In this document: positions 40,489 through 52,047 of the stretch, piece after piece
How the letters are laid out: every line of letters starts with the position of its first letter
Position numbering within the stretch: the first letter of the stretch is position 1
Origin: Candidatus Latescibacterota bacterium
Lineage (GTDB): Bacteria > Latescibacterota > UBA2968 > GCA-2709665
Direction of reading: 5' to 3'
Length of the DNA stretch: 64,000 nt
NCBI GenBank assembly: GCA_965237675.1
Contig: OZ250150.1
Coordinates: 2,912,001 to 2,976,000 of the forward strand
Made by a program: the position numbers and the translations under genes
The notes under the pieces: model-generated
What the model was told of the DNA's origin: nothing
The model's input: the letters and a program-made list of their open reading frames with translations, nothing else
Databases searched by the model: none

Positions 40489-40884
40489 ATGTCGCAGGGC
40501 ACCAGCTTAGGCCTGTCGGTCATCGGTCAGATTTCGGTAACCGTTCAGGATCTCGACCGGGCAGTAACGTTTTACCGCGATCAATTGGGAATGCAGTTCC
40601 TCTTCCGCGTTCCGAGGATGGCCTTTTTCAATTGTTCGGGCGTCCGGCTCCTGCTCGGACTTTCGGAAGATGAATCGGCGGACGTGCACGCTTCCGTGCT
40701 CTATTACAAGGTGGAGGACCTCGAGGACGCCTGCGATGTGCTGCGTTCACGGGGAGTAACGTTTGACAGTGGGCCTCACAAGATTGCCGATATGCCCGAC
40801 CATGAACTCTGGATGGCGTTCTTCCGGGACTCCGAGATGAATCTCATGGCCCTGATGGCGGAGAAGCTGAGAGGGGAGCAATGA
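40489..40884 (+). CDS. VOC/glyoxalase family protein
   Basis: V.DLDRAV.FYRD.LG, MAFFRD.E.N; AAGGAGG RBS. Confidence 0.9.
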   Translation: MSQGTSLGLSVIGQISVTVQDLDRAVTFYRDQLGMQFLFRVPRMAFFNCSGVRLLLGLSEDESADVHASVLYYKVEDLEDACDVLRSRGVTFDSGPHKIADMPDHELWMAFFRDSEMNLMALMAEKLRGEQ

Positions 40885-41378
40885 CGGTCGCAGTCTTCGA
40901 ACAAAACAGACCGGGCCGATCCCGTGTGGATCGCGCCCGAGAATTTGTCTGCCGCGACGGTCAATCTTCATTTGACATCGCCTGAGGCGCTCGCCGATGG
41001 ACGCACTTTTTCGCAAGCTTCAAGGCACGCCTGGAATATGACGTCGACCTGAAGCGCTTCTACGACGATCCCGAGGGCTGATACCCGGGCGTAGTGGCGG
41101 TGGAAAGCGCCACCACCTGGCTCCCGAGATTCCGCTGCGCGCCGTGCCGGATATACCGGTTCACGGCGCGTTTTGGGTTTCAGTCGCGCCGTACATGCGA
41201 AAGCGGGCCGAAGGATTCCCCGGTCCGCGGGTTGCGTCGAAGTGGATTTATCGATCAATCGGGACGTCTGGTGTAGCCGGCGACAATGTGAAGGGTGGCA
41301 TCAGCGGGATACTGACCGACCCATATACCGTTTTTCTATCCTGGCGCCACCCCGGCGCCATCTTCATCCGGTCCAGCC

Positions 41379-41855
41379 TCAGGATCCGCCCCCGGGGGTC
41401 GCGGCACTTCGTAAACGGCGCCAGGTCGTGTAGATCAGCATCGGGATTCCGACCAATACCAGAAATGGAACGAGAGCGTAGATGACCACCATATGGGGGC
41501 CGAGCAATCCGCCTACCAGACTGAACAGAACCGCAAGCGGAGTCGCCACCGCCAACCCGACCAGTAACAAAATGCGCGGGGTTCCGCCAACGCCCCTCAA
41601 CAGGCGTTGCGCCAGCAATCCGATCAGTAAGCCTGCCACAAAGAAGAGGATCAATCCGGACACAATGCCCGGAATCGCAACAAACAACTCAAATGGGTTC
41701 GAGACACCCATCGTACCGAAGCGAATTACGGCGATCAGCACCTGAAGAATGCATAGTCCCAGGCCGAACCACACCGGTGTCTTCCAGTAGTCCCACGAGC
41801 GACGGTTCGGAGCTTCCGCTTGACCACCAGCGGCGTTTCCTTCAACGTATTCCAT
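41379..41855 (-). CDS. Hypothetical 4-TM membrane protein
   Basis: Hydrophobic helices; GGAGAA RBS. Confidence 0.7.
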   Translation of the reverse strand: MEYVEGNAAGGQAEAPNRRSWDYWKTPVWFGLGLCILQVLIAVIRFGTMGVSNPFELFVAIPGIVSGLILFFVAGLLIGLLAQRLLRGVGGTPRILLLVGLAVATPLAVLFSLVGGLLGPHMVVIYALVPFLVLVGIPMLIYTTWRRLRSAATPGGGS

Positions 41856-41966
41856 GGCGATGTTCCTCCGTTAAATCCGATCGAACGTCAGCGAGGTCTT
41901 CCATTGAAGAAGCGCAAGTCCCGCCTGTCGATCCGCCCGAAGTAAATACCTGATACGCTCATTCAT

Positions 41967-42152
41967 TCACTTTACAGGAAAATCGAAGTAGCTATCCGGA
42001 AAGGGTTCATTTACAAGCGTATAGTGCCACCATTCCTTGTCGCAATTTACAAAACCGTTCTCTTCCATCAACGTCTTCAGTAGATGGCGGTTGCGTTTTT
42101 GTTGGTCCGTGATACGGGGATCCGCCGTATTGGACAGCGTGTCGAAAAAAAG
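41967..42152 (-). pseudogene. C-terminal fragment of D-Ala-D-Ala dipeptidase (VanX/DdpX, M15)
   Basis: NR.LL..LM...GF....EWWHYT...EP.PD.YFDFPV; the N-terminal part with the SxH motif is absent. Confidence 0.8.
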
Positions 42153-42204
42153 TGAACCTTTACCCGTCGGCGTGCGCCTTGCAGTGTAGAGGAAAGGCGA
42201 TCGA

Positions 42205-43590
42205 ATGACCAATCAAGGCGACCAACAATTGGCGAAGCTGGTGCGGGAGGGCAACGAGGCCGCGTTCGTTACCTTGATCCGACGTTACGAGCGCGTCCTG
42301 GCGGGGCTGATCCGCTCACGGATCGGTTCCGGCGAACAGGTGCAGGACGTGTTGCAGGAAACCCTGGTCCACGCCTGGCGCGGTCTGCGCCGGGATACCC
42401 CCCGCGACGTGCGTCCGTGGCTGCTGCAGGTAGCCCGAAACCGCTGTCGCGACTACTTCAGGTCGTCCCAACGCCGCGAATTGTACGTCCGGACCGAAAC
42501 CCTGGCGCCCCTGGTCAATCGCCTCGGCATCGCTCTGTCCCGTCAACGCGAAGCGGCGAGGGCCATCGTGGAGGCCATGGATGAAGTGCCCGACCGCGAA
42601 CGGGCCGCCTTGCGGGCTTTTTATCTGGACGGTCTGAGCATTGCCGAAATCGCTGCCCGTCACCGCTGTCCCGATGGTACGGTCAAGCGCCGGCTCTCGT
42701 ACGGGCGCGACCGTATCCGGACGGCATTGGGAGTCACCCTAACGACGAGGAAGACCGACATGAAGACAACAAAACAAGCTTTCCCGCCACAACGGCCTGA
42801 AATACGCATTCGCCCGAGCCGGGAGAAACTCTTCCGCGTCGATTTCAAGGAAATGGCATGGTGGTTCGTACAGCCGGAAGTCGGCGATCGGGTCGCAAAA
42901 GGCCACTATGATCGTATGGAAGACAGCCATGGCATATGGCGCCTTTGCGAAACCGTCCGGCTCACCGCCCGCCGGCCGGCGGTGAGCCACGGACGACCCT
43001 GTGTCGAGGTTAAGGTCGAGGAGATGAATTTCGGGAAGACGTCAAACAAGGAAAAGATCCGCATTACAAGGGTCTGGGGGCGTTTGGCTGATGACGAGGC
43101 GGAGTGGATCGCTGTAGAATCGGAAAAGCCCGACGGCGTGATAGAACTGACGACCTTTCTGGACGAAAGATTCCACGACGAATGGTGGGGTTCACCGCGG
43201 GTGGTCGAGGACTGCGGATGCTTGTCCGAACGGTCTGATGGCACCTGGGTCAGACAGCCAGATGCCCCCGCCATGACAGGCGCGGGCGTGTTCGACGTCC
43301 ACGTCGGAGGTCGTCAGTTCACCTGTTTGCGCGTCTTTGAAGTCAAGAAAAACGCCACTGAGCGAGACGTTCTGATTGAGGCCTATATTACCCGCGCCGG
43401 ACGCACGGTGCTGTTCCGGCGATATAGCGGAAGCCGCTGGGGCAAGCGCGACGCCCCGCCGCACAACTGGGGCGAAGCGCTGACATGGGAAGAAGACCTG
43501 CCGGCGAACGACCGCATCGTCATCGACGGGGTGACCTACGTACATCACTACGACACCCTGACGGCGGCGGCCTGTGGTATTGTGGATTGA
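42205..43590 (+). CDS. ECF sigma factor with ~280-aa C-terminal extension
   Basis: Sigma2 (QDVLQET..AW, WL.QVARN...D..R) and sigma4 (GLS.AEIA...GTVK.RL..GR) motifs, then a soluble beta-rich domain. Confidence 0.85.
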   Translation: MTNQGDQQLAKLVREGNEAAFVTLIRRYERVLAGLIRSRIGSGEQVQDVLQETLVHAWRGLRRDTPRDVRPWLLQVARNRCRDYFRSSQRRELYVRTETLAPLVNRLGIALSRQREAARAIVEAMDEVPDRERAALRAFYLDGLSIAEIAARHRCPDGTVKRRLSYGRDRIRTALGVTLTTRKTDMKTTKQAFPPQRPEIRIRPSREKLFRVDFKEMAWWFVQPEVGDRVAKGHYDRMEDSHGIWRLCETVRLTARRPAVSHGRPCVEVKVEEMNFGKTSNKEKIRITRVWGRLADDEAEWIAVESEKPDGVIELTTFLDERFHDEWWGSPRVVEDCGCLSERSDGTWVRQPDAPAMTGAGVFDVHVGGRQFTCLRVFEVKKNATERDVLIEAYITRAGRTVLFRRYSGSRWGKRDAPPHNWGEALTWEEDLPANDRIVIDGVTYVHHYDTLTAAACGIVD

Positions 43591-43662
43591 GGGTGGGTCG
43601 TCCGCGCGGAGGGCGCCGCTTCCCCGGGCCAATCGCCCGCGATGCGTCGCAATACGGATCGT

Positions 43663-44243
43663 CTATCGCACGCGACGGTAGGTCATGGTGTGAGACATCG
43701 TTTTCTTGCCTTGATCGTACATCGACCAGGTCTGCGACATCCCGTCCGCCCCGTCGAAAGCGATCGAGACGGCGTGCATGTGCGGCTCGTCGGATGAATC
43801 GAGAGAGCCCTCGACCAGTTCCAGCGTAATCACCCCTTCGGTGGAACCGGTCAGGCTCATCTGCGGTTGATTGCCGAGCGCGCAATAGTGGGTCATCCAC
43901 AACTTGCCGCCCCGGTCGTGGTACACGGAGATCATCTCTTTTGGGGTATCGGGGAAGTCGCGCTCTACGATCACGCTGCCGTTGGCGGCCACCCGGTACT
44001 CGGTCGCGACCTTATTTATCGCGCCTTTCTTGCCTTCGGAGCCCTCGCCCCCGGGCATTGGGAGTTCCGACTCCCAGCGCCCTGCCAGCGCTTTCAGTCG
44101 CTCGAACTCCGGCGATCCCACGTATGCCTTCGGATGCATGCCGCCTTCCCCTTCGGCCGACGTCCCACCCTTGTTCCCGGCGTATACCGAAATAGCGGCG
44201 ATCGCGAGCAGAACTGGCAGAACGATTGTGGCTCTTTTCATAC
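43663..44243 (-). CDS. Secreted hypothetical protein (beta-barrel-like)
   Basis: Signal peptide; LK.LAG.W, M.SVYH, THYC.LGNQP pattern; AAGGAG RBS. Confidence 0.75.
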
Positions 44244-45286
44244 GGGTTGCTCCTTTCCGAGACATTGGATTAGTGGGTTCGCGGCAAGGACAAAAAAGTT
44301 GGCAAGTCCACAGTCAAATCCGGTTTCTATTGCGTCCTTTAATGTGGATTGCGCTCCTTTATGTACGGCTCCGGCTTTATCCAACTGCGTCGTCAGGCAC
44401 CTTATCTTGCATCAGCCCAAAGAATCAGCAACGTACTTCGGCTTCTTTGCCATCATTCGCCAAGATTTGCCCGTGAGTATCCATTTGGTGGCAGCGTCGA
44501 CCGGATTAACAATAGGAAGCACTTGATAGAGACCGTTGTCATCTTTTTCTACAACATAGAGATACCAAGATACTCTCCCATGCTCATCCATCGCTTCAAT
44601 CGCTTTTCGGACCTGCGCACGGCCCAATTCCACAACTTCGTCGTCGTCCCAGCGACAACCCCTACCCTTGACCTCGATCAGCCGGACCTCACCGGATTTC
44701 GGGTCCGTGCTTCGGATATCCCATCCTGTCTGACGGGGATTCCCAATTTGCGGCATTCGACCCATGTCGCTCTCATATCGCGCAGCGATCCGACGGTACT
44801 CTTCGTCACCGAGTTCCCCATCCAAGTTCCGGCTGATCTTACCGCCATCGTTCGAGACCTCGTTATCGTTACTTGGCGTGATTTCGCCCTTGAGTGTCTT
44901 CTTCAACTGCTCCGCATGGTAGTTCTGTTTGGCATAAGCTCTCCCTTTGGGGTAATTGCCGCCTGTCGAATCGGACTCGTTATTATTGTCGCTTTCGGAC
45001 GTAAGAGTCTGAATGTCATTTGGTTCTTTTGTTTTAGGAGGATCAGTGTGGCCACGTTCAGAAGTCCTAAAGGAGTCTGTTTGATCCGTGGCCTCAGTCG
45101 TGCCAGTTTTGCTATTGGCCCCAGTTTCAGTTCCAACCGCCGTTCGGGACGTTTCATCTACCGAATCCGCCCAATCTCCTGTGTGTCTTTCTGCCATGAA
45201 CTCTTTCGGTACCTCAAAGTCCTGTGCAAGGGCTCGCCGGAATTTGTCGGCGGCCAATACGAAGTCTTCGCTGTAATCGATTGCAC

Positions 45287-46378
45287 CTAGTGTCCCGTCC
45301 CAGAAATAGCTTTACAAAATCGTTCGACTTTTTGGATGATCGATTGTGCGGTGGCGGTCCAGAGGAAAGGCTTCGACGTGTCGTTGTAGTTGTCGGTGAA
45401 GGTTTGTATTCTGTCGATAAGTTCATTGACAGATCTGAAGGAGCCGCGCCTGATGGCCTTCTGAGTGATGATATTGAACCAGATCTCGACCTGGTTGAGC
45501 CAGGATGCGTAGGTCGGTGTAAAGTGAACGTGGTATCTGGGTCTTTGTGAAAGCCATCGTTTCACTTTGGTGTGTTTGTGCGTACAATAGTTGTCGACGA
45601 TCAAATGCACATCGAGATCATCAGGGACGTTTTGGTCGATGTGGTTGAGAAACTGCAAAAACTCCTGGTGGCGGTGCCTGCGCTTGCATTGCGTCAACAC
45701 CTCGCCCGAGGCAATGTCCAGGGCAGCGAACAACGTCGTGGTGCCGTGGCGGCGGTAATCGTGCGTCACGCCCTCCACATATCCCAGCCCCATCGGCAAA
45801 AGCGGCTGGGTACGCTCCAACGCCTGCGTCTGGCTTTTCTCGTCGACACAAAGCACTATCGCAGAATCCGGTGGGTCCAGATACAGACCGACGATGTCGT
45901 GGACTTTTTCTGTGAAGAAGGGATCGTTAGATAGCTTGAAGTGCTTCTGACGGTGTGGCGCAATCCCCAATGTGGACCAGATACGTTGCACCTCGGATTT
46001 GGATATCTTCGTTTCGGCAGCGATGGAACGACACGTCCAATGGGTGCTGCCGTCTTCGGGTTTTGTGGTCAGCGTCTTGCGGATCAGTGCGGTGATGTCT
46101 TCGGCCTCAACCGTGCGTGGTCTGCCCGAACGGCGTTCATCATACAGACCCATTAATCCTTGCTGGAGAAAGCGGTTACGCCAGGTGATGACGCTCTGCT
46201 GGCTCAGCCCGACTTTTTGGGCAATCACCCGGTTACTGAGACCTTCGACGCTCATCAAGACGATCTTGGCACGTCGCACGAGACCATGCGACAACGTACG
46301 AGAGGTTGAAAGTGAGTTGAGTTCCTCACGGACCTGGCCAGACAACACAATGGGCTTCCGAGGACGACCGCGTCCCAT
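45287..46378 (-). CDS. IS630 transposase (intact)
   Basis: [28 protein letters not shown] motifs; the stop uses the target TA. Confidence 0.93.
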   Translation of the reverse strand: MGRGRPRKPIVLSGQVREELNSLSTSRTLSHGLVRRAKIVLMSVEGLSNRVIAQKVGLSQQSVITWRNRFLQQGLMGLYDERRSGRPRTVEAEDITALIRKTLTTKPEDGSTHWTCRSIAAETKISKSEVQRIWSTLGIAPHRQKHFKLSNDPFFTEKVHDIVGLYLDPPDSAIVLCVDEKSQTQALERTQPLLPMGLGYVEGVTHDYRRHGTTTLFAALDIASGEVLTQCKRRHRHQEFLQFLNHIDQNVPDDLDVHLIVDNYCTHKHTKVKRWLSQRPRYHVHFTPTYASWLNQVEIWFNIITQKAIRRGSFRSVNELIDRIQTFTDNYNDTSKPFLWTATAQSIIQKVERFCKAISGTGH

Positions 46379-46470
46379 GGTTCTCTCCTTTCCCGATGGG
46401 TGTAAGAAGCGTGTAGAGAGAACATAGGACAGGCTCAATAAATAGTCAAGTTACTTTAGGGACAAAACAC
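45290..46470 (-). mobile_element. IS630-family element
   Basis: TA duplicated at 45288-45289 and 46471-46472 (CTAG context); TIRs GTGTCCCGTCCCAGAAATA / GTGTTTTGTCCCTAAAGTA. Confidence 0.93.
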
Positions 46471-49400
46471 TAGCATCCCGGTGAGATAAGCTGCGAGGTC
46501 GCCACGCTGGCCGAAGGAAAAGGAACGAAGCAGTTCCTTTGCACCGTCCGACGCGAATTGAACGGGAGACCCCGCGATGTGCAGAATGCCCTCGTGTAAA
46601 CGCGCGTTAACCGGAACGTGTTCGCTCTTGTCATCGGCTATACTTACATTTAAGGCAATTACATCAACGTAAATCAGCCGGAGTTTAGTGCCGCTTTCTG
46701 TTGCCAAATCGTTGTCTTCGTCTCGGGGACGACCCCGAACGTGCCACAGAAGTTCATAAATCAGATCGAACCTGGAATCCCAATCTCTTGGGGCATTCAC
46801 TTCCTTTCCGAAATCCCATTCTATGTTGACGGAAGACGATAGGAGCCTCATACCTAACGCGTTCGCGGTGCGAAGCTGTGCAGACCGAGACCGCCCAAAG
46901 TGTCCGGTCGTGGCGAATCGCATATTGATTTTGTTTGGGAAAAACCTTCGATCTTCGATGTCATCGAAGTAGATGTCTGACGCCCCGATCAAATCAACCC
47001 AACTTCCTTCAGTGAAGATCCGGGCATGCGGTACTGCCTTGTCCCAACGTTGGGAAAGTTCGCTGTCCGTGGCGCAATCTTCTAGGCAATAGACATAGGC
47101 AGTCGGTAAGACGTCGCGAATCTCGGTCGCCAATGTTTGGTTCGTCGAACGGGACCGTTCCCAGACATCACGAACATAATCTAACGCTTGGTCGCCGGAT
47201 GTTGTATTGGGAAATTTTAGTGGAAAATCCAGGTGCTGCAACTCAGTCTGTAATGGTTCCTCGAGCTGGCTTAGCGGCACAATCCAACCACCGAGTGGAC
47301 CGCGCAGAATTCCTCCTATGCCACCGACGATTCGTATCAACGGAACACGCTTGTGATTCCCGAACGGTACGGTGAGGTGTCGCAGAGTCTCTTTGAAATG
47401 AAGCCGATCTTTATCGGTTGTCACCTTCTCCCGGCATTCTGATAGCAGCTGAGCAAGCTCTTCTGCATTGAGTTGCGAGCCAACCTTTGAGAGTCTGTGG
47501 AGCGGCGTAGCCAAAGGGACAGCCGTCCCAAATTTCACGCCTTCCTGATCCAATATGGATAGAAGCTCGGCTGACAATTGCGCGACAGGTGCGTCGTTGC
47601 GCGCCGGTTCTGGTTCCGGAAGCACATCTCGCGGGCGTCTGAGTTCCGTGTCGCCACAGGGTACCCACGCGAGTTTGGCTAGTTTGAACACCCAAGCGCT
47701 TTTTGCACTTCCCGCCTTGCTATAGTGGGTATAATAGAAATACGAGCACTTTCGCCTTCCAGTTCCTATCAAGACATTTCTGCCGTCATCGATCCAATCC
47801 GCTAAAGCCGATCGTAGTTCCTTGGGCGAGTCGGAATCTGGAAGGCGCGGAATGATATCGTAGTCCAATAACGTATAGCCGCTGTCATTCGACTCGTAGA
47901 TCGAATCCGCTTCGAAACCGAGAAACTCTCTTACCTGATCTTTCCGCCATCGGCTAGCATGGTCTTTTAGGGTCTGTACTTTTAGCCTTCCCTTGATGCT
48001 GGTTTCCTCAAAGAACGTTCGCCACGATGTCGAGCTTGCACTGCTTTGATCCGTATTAAGGTAAGCTGCCGAGACCGCGGGCGTTGTTGGAAATAGGCAC
48101 CGACGGACGGCCCCGTGCTCCACATATGGATCTGCCAGGAGTGCCTCCTCTATAGCCACACCCCGTGTGCCATTCTTCGTTTCGACGAGAACGTGTGTCA
48201 ATACATCTGCTCGATTTCGGTGCCTCGCCCATTGCCCTAGGGAGATTAGCACGGGCCAATTTGGTTTTGACGAAGCCATCAATGCATTCACTGCATCACC
48301 GACGACGTCTCTAAGCCTGATGCTTGAAGCATGCTCCTCAATCCAATTCCAAGCACGCAACATTATAGTATGTTCAGCTTCCTTTAGTCTACGTCGGCGA
48401 AGGACGGAGACCCATTCGTCCTTCAGGCGATCTTCAGGGACGAACGGCATTACGAATTCGCGCATCTCAGGTCCGCCCGGCTCTTTGCTTGACGGAAGTG
48501 CCTCGTTTAGGAATCCCACTTTTCCCACAGATAGCCACTTTCCATTGGCGGTTCGGACGCAGCGCAACTCGGCATCCCGCCACCCTTCATCGGAAGTTAA
48601 TTCGGCAACTGCCGCCCAAATGCGAAAGAGCAGGTGTGGACGGTTTGCTTTGTCGCCTGAAAGCGCTTGCCACCAACTTTCCAGGCCACCCTTCCACACA
48701 CTCCCGAATTTAGCAGGCGTCATAACGGTGAGAAGACCGATTTGGCGCAGCAACTTGAGTGCACCGGGTCCAAAGACATCTTCCCTTAGTACGGGCCCTT
48801 TAAGGAGAACCGCTGGCCGCAACTCCGGATGTCTCCTGAATGCCATCGCTAGCGGTGAAGGCGGAACGAGAGTATCGCTAGCTTTTGCGAACCCGAACGC
48901 ATCCACTTTCTCGGTCCACACGGGGAAAACGGCCGCATGCATTAGACGGTCTCGGAGCCGCGATAGCCAATTTTCTTTTGCCAGGAGCGATTCTAGTCCG
49001 CCTGATTCCAGCGATGGCAAGCTGAGACATGCAAAAGCAGCTCTCGCTGCTTTACATTCCGTAATCGTATCGGCGGTCCAATTGAGGAACTGCACCAATA
49101 TGTCCGCGATCCTGTCAACGATATCACGTTGCCAAGAATTTTCCTCGATCTCCCGCAGGCCACTCCGCGAGATGTTTAATAACCAGTCGGCATTAATGTG
49201 AAGCCCAAAGGGCAAGGTAACCTCAGTGGGTAATGTGGCGTACACCCGCCCTCTGGTTGGTGGCGTCGGAATACCGTCATTGTCGAGGGGAAGCACTCCC
49301 AGCACTCTGCGCGGGCGACAGGCGTCGGCATACACGCTCTCGCGTTCTTCACATGAAGGCTGGATTCTCCGGTGTTCGAGAAAGCAGGCAACTGATTCCT

Positions 49401-50438
49401 TTGAAGGTTCGAATTCTACCGGGAACAGTCGCCAAGTCTGCTTCTCGTCTTCGGATCGCGCGGTCGCTTCCGAGGTTCCGTCAAGCTCCTTGGCGACCTC
49501 CAGTTCCCACACCCGACCGTTCAATTCGAGACGCTCCAGCTTGGACGCCGCCAAGATCGCGAGGGGGGTGCGATCATTTTCAGGGAGAAGGCGCGACAAG
49601 TCGGCTTCAAGATGCGCTCCTTCATCCGTACGTCGGCGCAACTCGAAACGAGTTGTAAATCCGTGCTCAGGCGTTGCGATTGCATCATCCCAAGCCGGGA
49701 TTACTGCTCCCAACAAGTCGGTCTGCACGTCACCAAATTCCTCGCCAACGACCTGCGTAATGTTATAACGAAAGGACCAACCCCACCCGGAGATCCGCGC
49801 TTCCTTAAAACGCATAAAAACGCTCTTGAAACCGATGCCCATGTAGCCCACCGAAGTGGCACCTTTAGTAGATCGGAAAACTTTCGAAAGCCCCTCAACA
49901 TCCCTCTCTCTTAGCGGATGATCCCCATCGTGTTGGAAGGTCAAAGCATCGCCTTCTTCGGTGAGGCGAATTGATATGGAGCGTGCTCCTGCATCAAGTG
50001 CATTTTGGACCAGTTCGAAGAGGTAGACCCAACTGTGCTCGAAGGTCAACTCGAATACACGCAGTGTGCTTCGCCCGTCCGGTGTTCCATAGAATTTCCG
50101 GTTTTCATCGGCTAGCTTTTCGACAAACTTACTGCGATTTTTATCTACGCGGTTCATACAAGGTACTCGATCATAAATTGTTCATTGTGTTTGCATTCGG
50201 CTGCGAAATTTAGCGCAAGAAAACCCCCGTCTCGTGACGTTCTCACTAGCCGGTAATTCCTGACAATCTGACACTATCGAGCACAGCGAAAACCGTATCG
50301 ACGTCGCCCAATCGCATCTTGCCGTTGGGCTGCTTTGGAGTCGCGCCGCAACGCGCAAAGGGTAAGACTTTGGATCGACATCATCGTCGAATTCTCACGT
50401 GTGGTTCCGCAGGAAGAGGGGCATTCGACGATCCGTCC

Positions 50439-51345
50439 CTAACCCTTCAACATCGCCTCGATGTATGTGTCCTTGTCCTCTTCTTGAAACAGAATGTGGC
50501 GCTTCTGCATCTCGCTCATTTCCATGTCCCACTGCCTTCGCATCGTCGCGGACGGCGTGTTCGAGATTATGAAGGAATCTAAACGTACGGCCGGGTCGCC
50601 GAGGCGTTCTTCAATCTTCTTGACAGTCTCGTGAAACTGGATCCTCAAATCTCCGGGTTCAAGGTTCCGGATCCCCTTGGGGTCTACGAATATGACCTGC
50701 TGGTCGCCGCCTGAAAGTAACCACAAGATAAAGTCGGGATGGAAGTTGCCGGCTTCAGAAAAGCCAATACCGCGACCCCTGCTGAGATTTCGAAGGAGGT
50801 AAAATTCTCGTGCCTTGAAGAAGCTCGGCTTTCGGTCGTAGAAAGCCTTCAGGTCCTCGACAAACTGTCGCTCCCCCTTATTCAGGGGTGCGGGGGTGAC
50901 CTCCACTACGTTTGTATCCAGAAAGAGCAAAGGCTGGTAAAGGTGCTTGGTGAAACAAATCGCCTTCAAACCTTGGAATTCCCACGATTTTAGCTTTCCC
51001 GCTTGGACTATTTTCTTGAGTTCGTTGAGCTTTGATACGAACTCGTCGTGTGTGTTGTTAACGAAGACGCGGTACCCGTTGTTTGGTGAGTCCTTTACTA
51101 ACAGGAAATTTGGATCGTCGTTTTCGAGGTAACGATATTCGAGGTGTGGAAGCTCCCATTCGTTTTTTTGAAAAGTGTAGTAACGCTCCAAGTACTTCTT
51201 GAGTAGTGCGACTGCGATGTCCTTCCAGAGGCGCACCCGTTCGAACGAATCGCCGACCAATTCTTCGGCGGGAATCTCCAATTGATACCAATTATGTTCC
51301 GAGAGAAGCGACTCGATGCCCTGTCGTGTGAGATTCAGGTATGAA
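50439..51345 (-). pseudogene. C-terminal endonuclease fragment of a Type III restriction (Res) subunit
   Basis: HLYQPL, LN.GE..FV.DL, YLLRN.SRG.GIGF..AGNF.PDFILW, FVDPKG; no helicase domain upstream. Confidence 0.72.
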
Positions 51346-51547
51346 CTTCCATAGAGGGAATCCCGGCTTACCTGCCTGTCAGGATGATCGACGCCATTGG
51401 CCACCATTCCAGGACGGGATCGTCCTATCAATCCGGAAGGCCCAGTAGATTGAAATTTCTTTCGATGGCGAATGGGGCGGGATGAAGGGAAGGGCGGGCT
51501 GATTCAGAACGCAACAGCCTATTTATAAATGGATAATACAATTAAAC

Positions 51548-51622
51548 TGGTGACCCCGAGGGGAATCGAACCCCCGTTGCCGGGATGAAAACCCGGTGTC
51601 CTAACCTCTGAACGACGGGGTC
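51548..51622 (-). tRNA. tRNA-Glu(TTC)
   Basis: GACCCCG...CGGGGTC-ACCA; anticodon arm CCGGG-TTTTCAT-CCCGG; GGTTCGATTCC T-arm. Confidence 0.96.
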
Positions 51623-51856
51623 ACCCGTATCAGGGGTCGAAATGTACAGAAATCGTATTTCGCTGTCAAGTTAATCATTTCGAATACGGGGGACCGGGAC
51701 GTCGTGTTCTGAACCGGAATACGCTTGACAATTCCAGTTGATTTTTGTTTATTCATTAGGCTTAAATCCGCCTTTAATCCCGCTATTGAAACGAATGTTT
51801 TCGCCTGGCCCAAAAGAGGGAACACGCGTTAAGTGAGCTGTCTGACTTCTTCAGGT

Positions 51857-51933
51857 GGGCGATTAGCTCAGCTGGTTAGAGCGCTGGTTTCACATACCAG
51901 AGGTCGCTGGTTCGAGTCCAGTATCGCCCACCA
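51857..51933 (+). tRNA. tRNA-Val(CAC)
   Basis: GGGCGAT...ATCGCCC-ACCA; anticodon arm CTGGT-TTCACAT-ACCAG; GGTTCGAGTCC. Confidence 0.96.
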
Positions 51934-52047
51934 TGATCCCAGCAGCGAGGCAGCAATGGTCTGTCCGCGGATAAAGCGGAACAGCCGGCAATCGTCAGGG
52001 TGCATTCGTCAAACGAATGCGCCTTTCTTTTTTATTGGAGTTCGCGT

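Larger units (their letters stand above)
44412..50157 (-). pseudogene. Sacsin/Nov-like GHKL ATPase fused to a DUF3883 PD-(D/E)XK nuclease (1520 aa reconstructed), split by IS630
   Basis: ELVQNALDA..HDG..GYMGIGFKSVF at the N-terminus, GWDIRS..RLIEVKG at the C-terminus. Removing the IS and one TA gives in-frame [20 protein letters not shown]. Confidence 0.85.

Noticed and set aside
40881-41380. Possible gene after the glyoxalase (ATGA overlap)
   Set aside because: The frame closes after about 34 codons and no family is recognisable; possibly a relic but unsupported.
33265-44243. Integron cassette array (many short accessory genes)
   Set aside because: Mixed orientations, no convincing RYYYAAC...GTTRRRY attC sites, and no integrase.
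44270-51560. attL/attR duplication of the tRNA-Glu 3' end
   Set aside because: No second TGGTGACCCCG copy and no integrase found, so the island boundary cannot be fixed.
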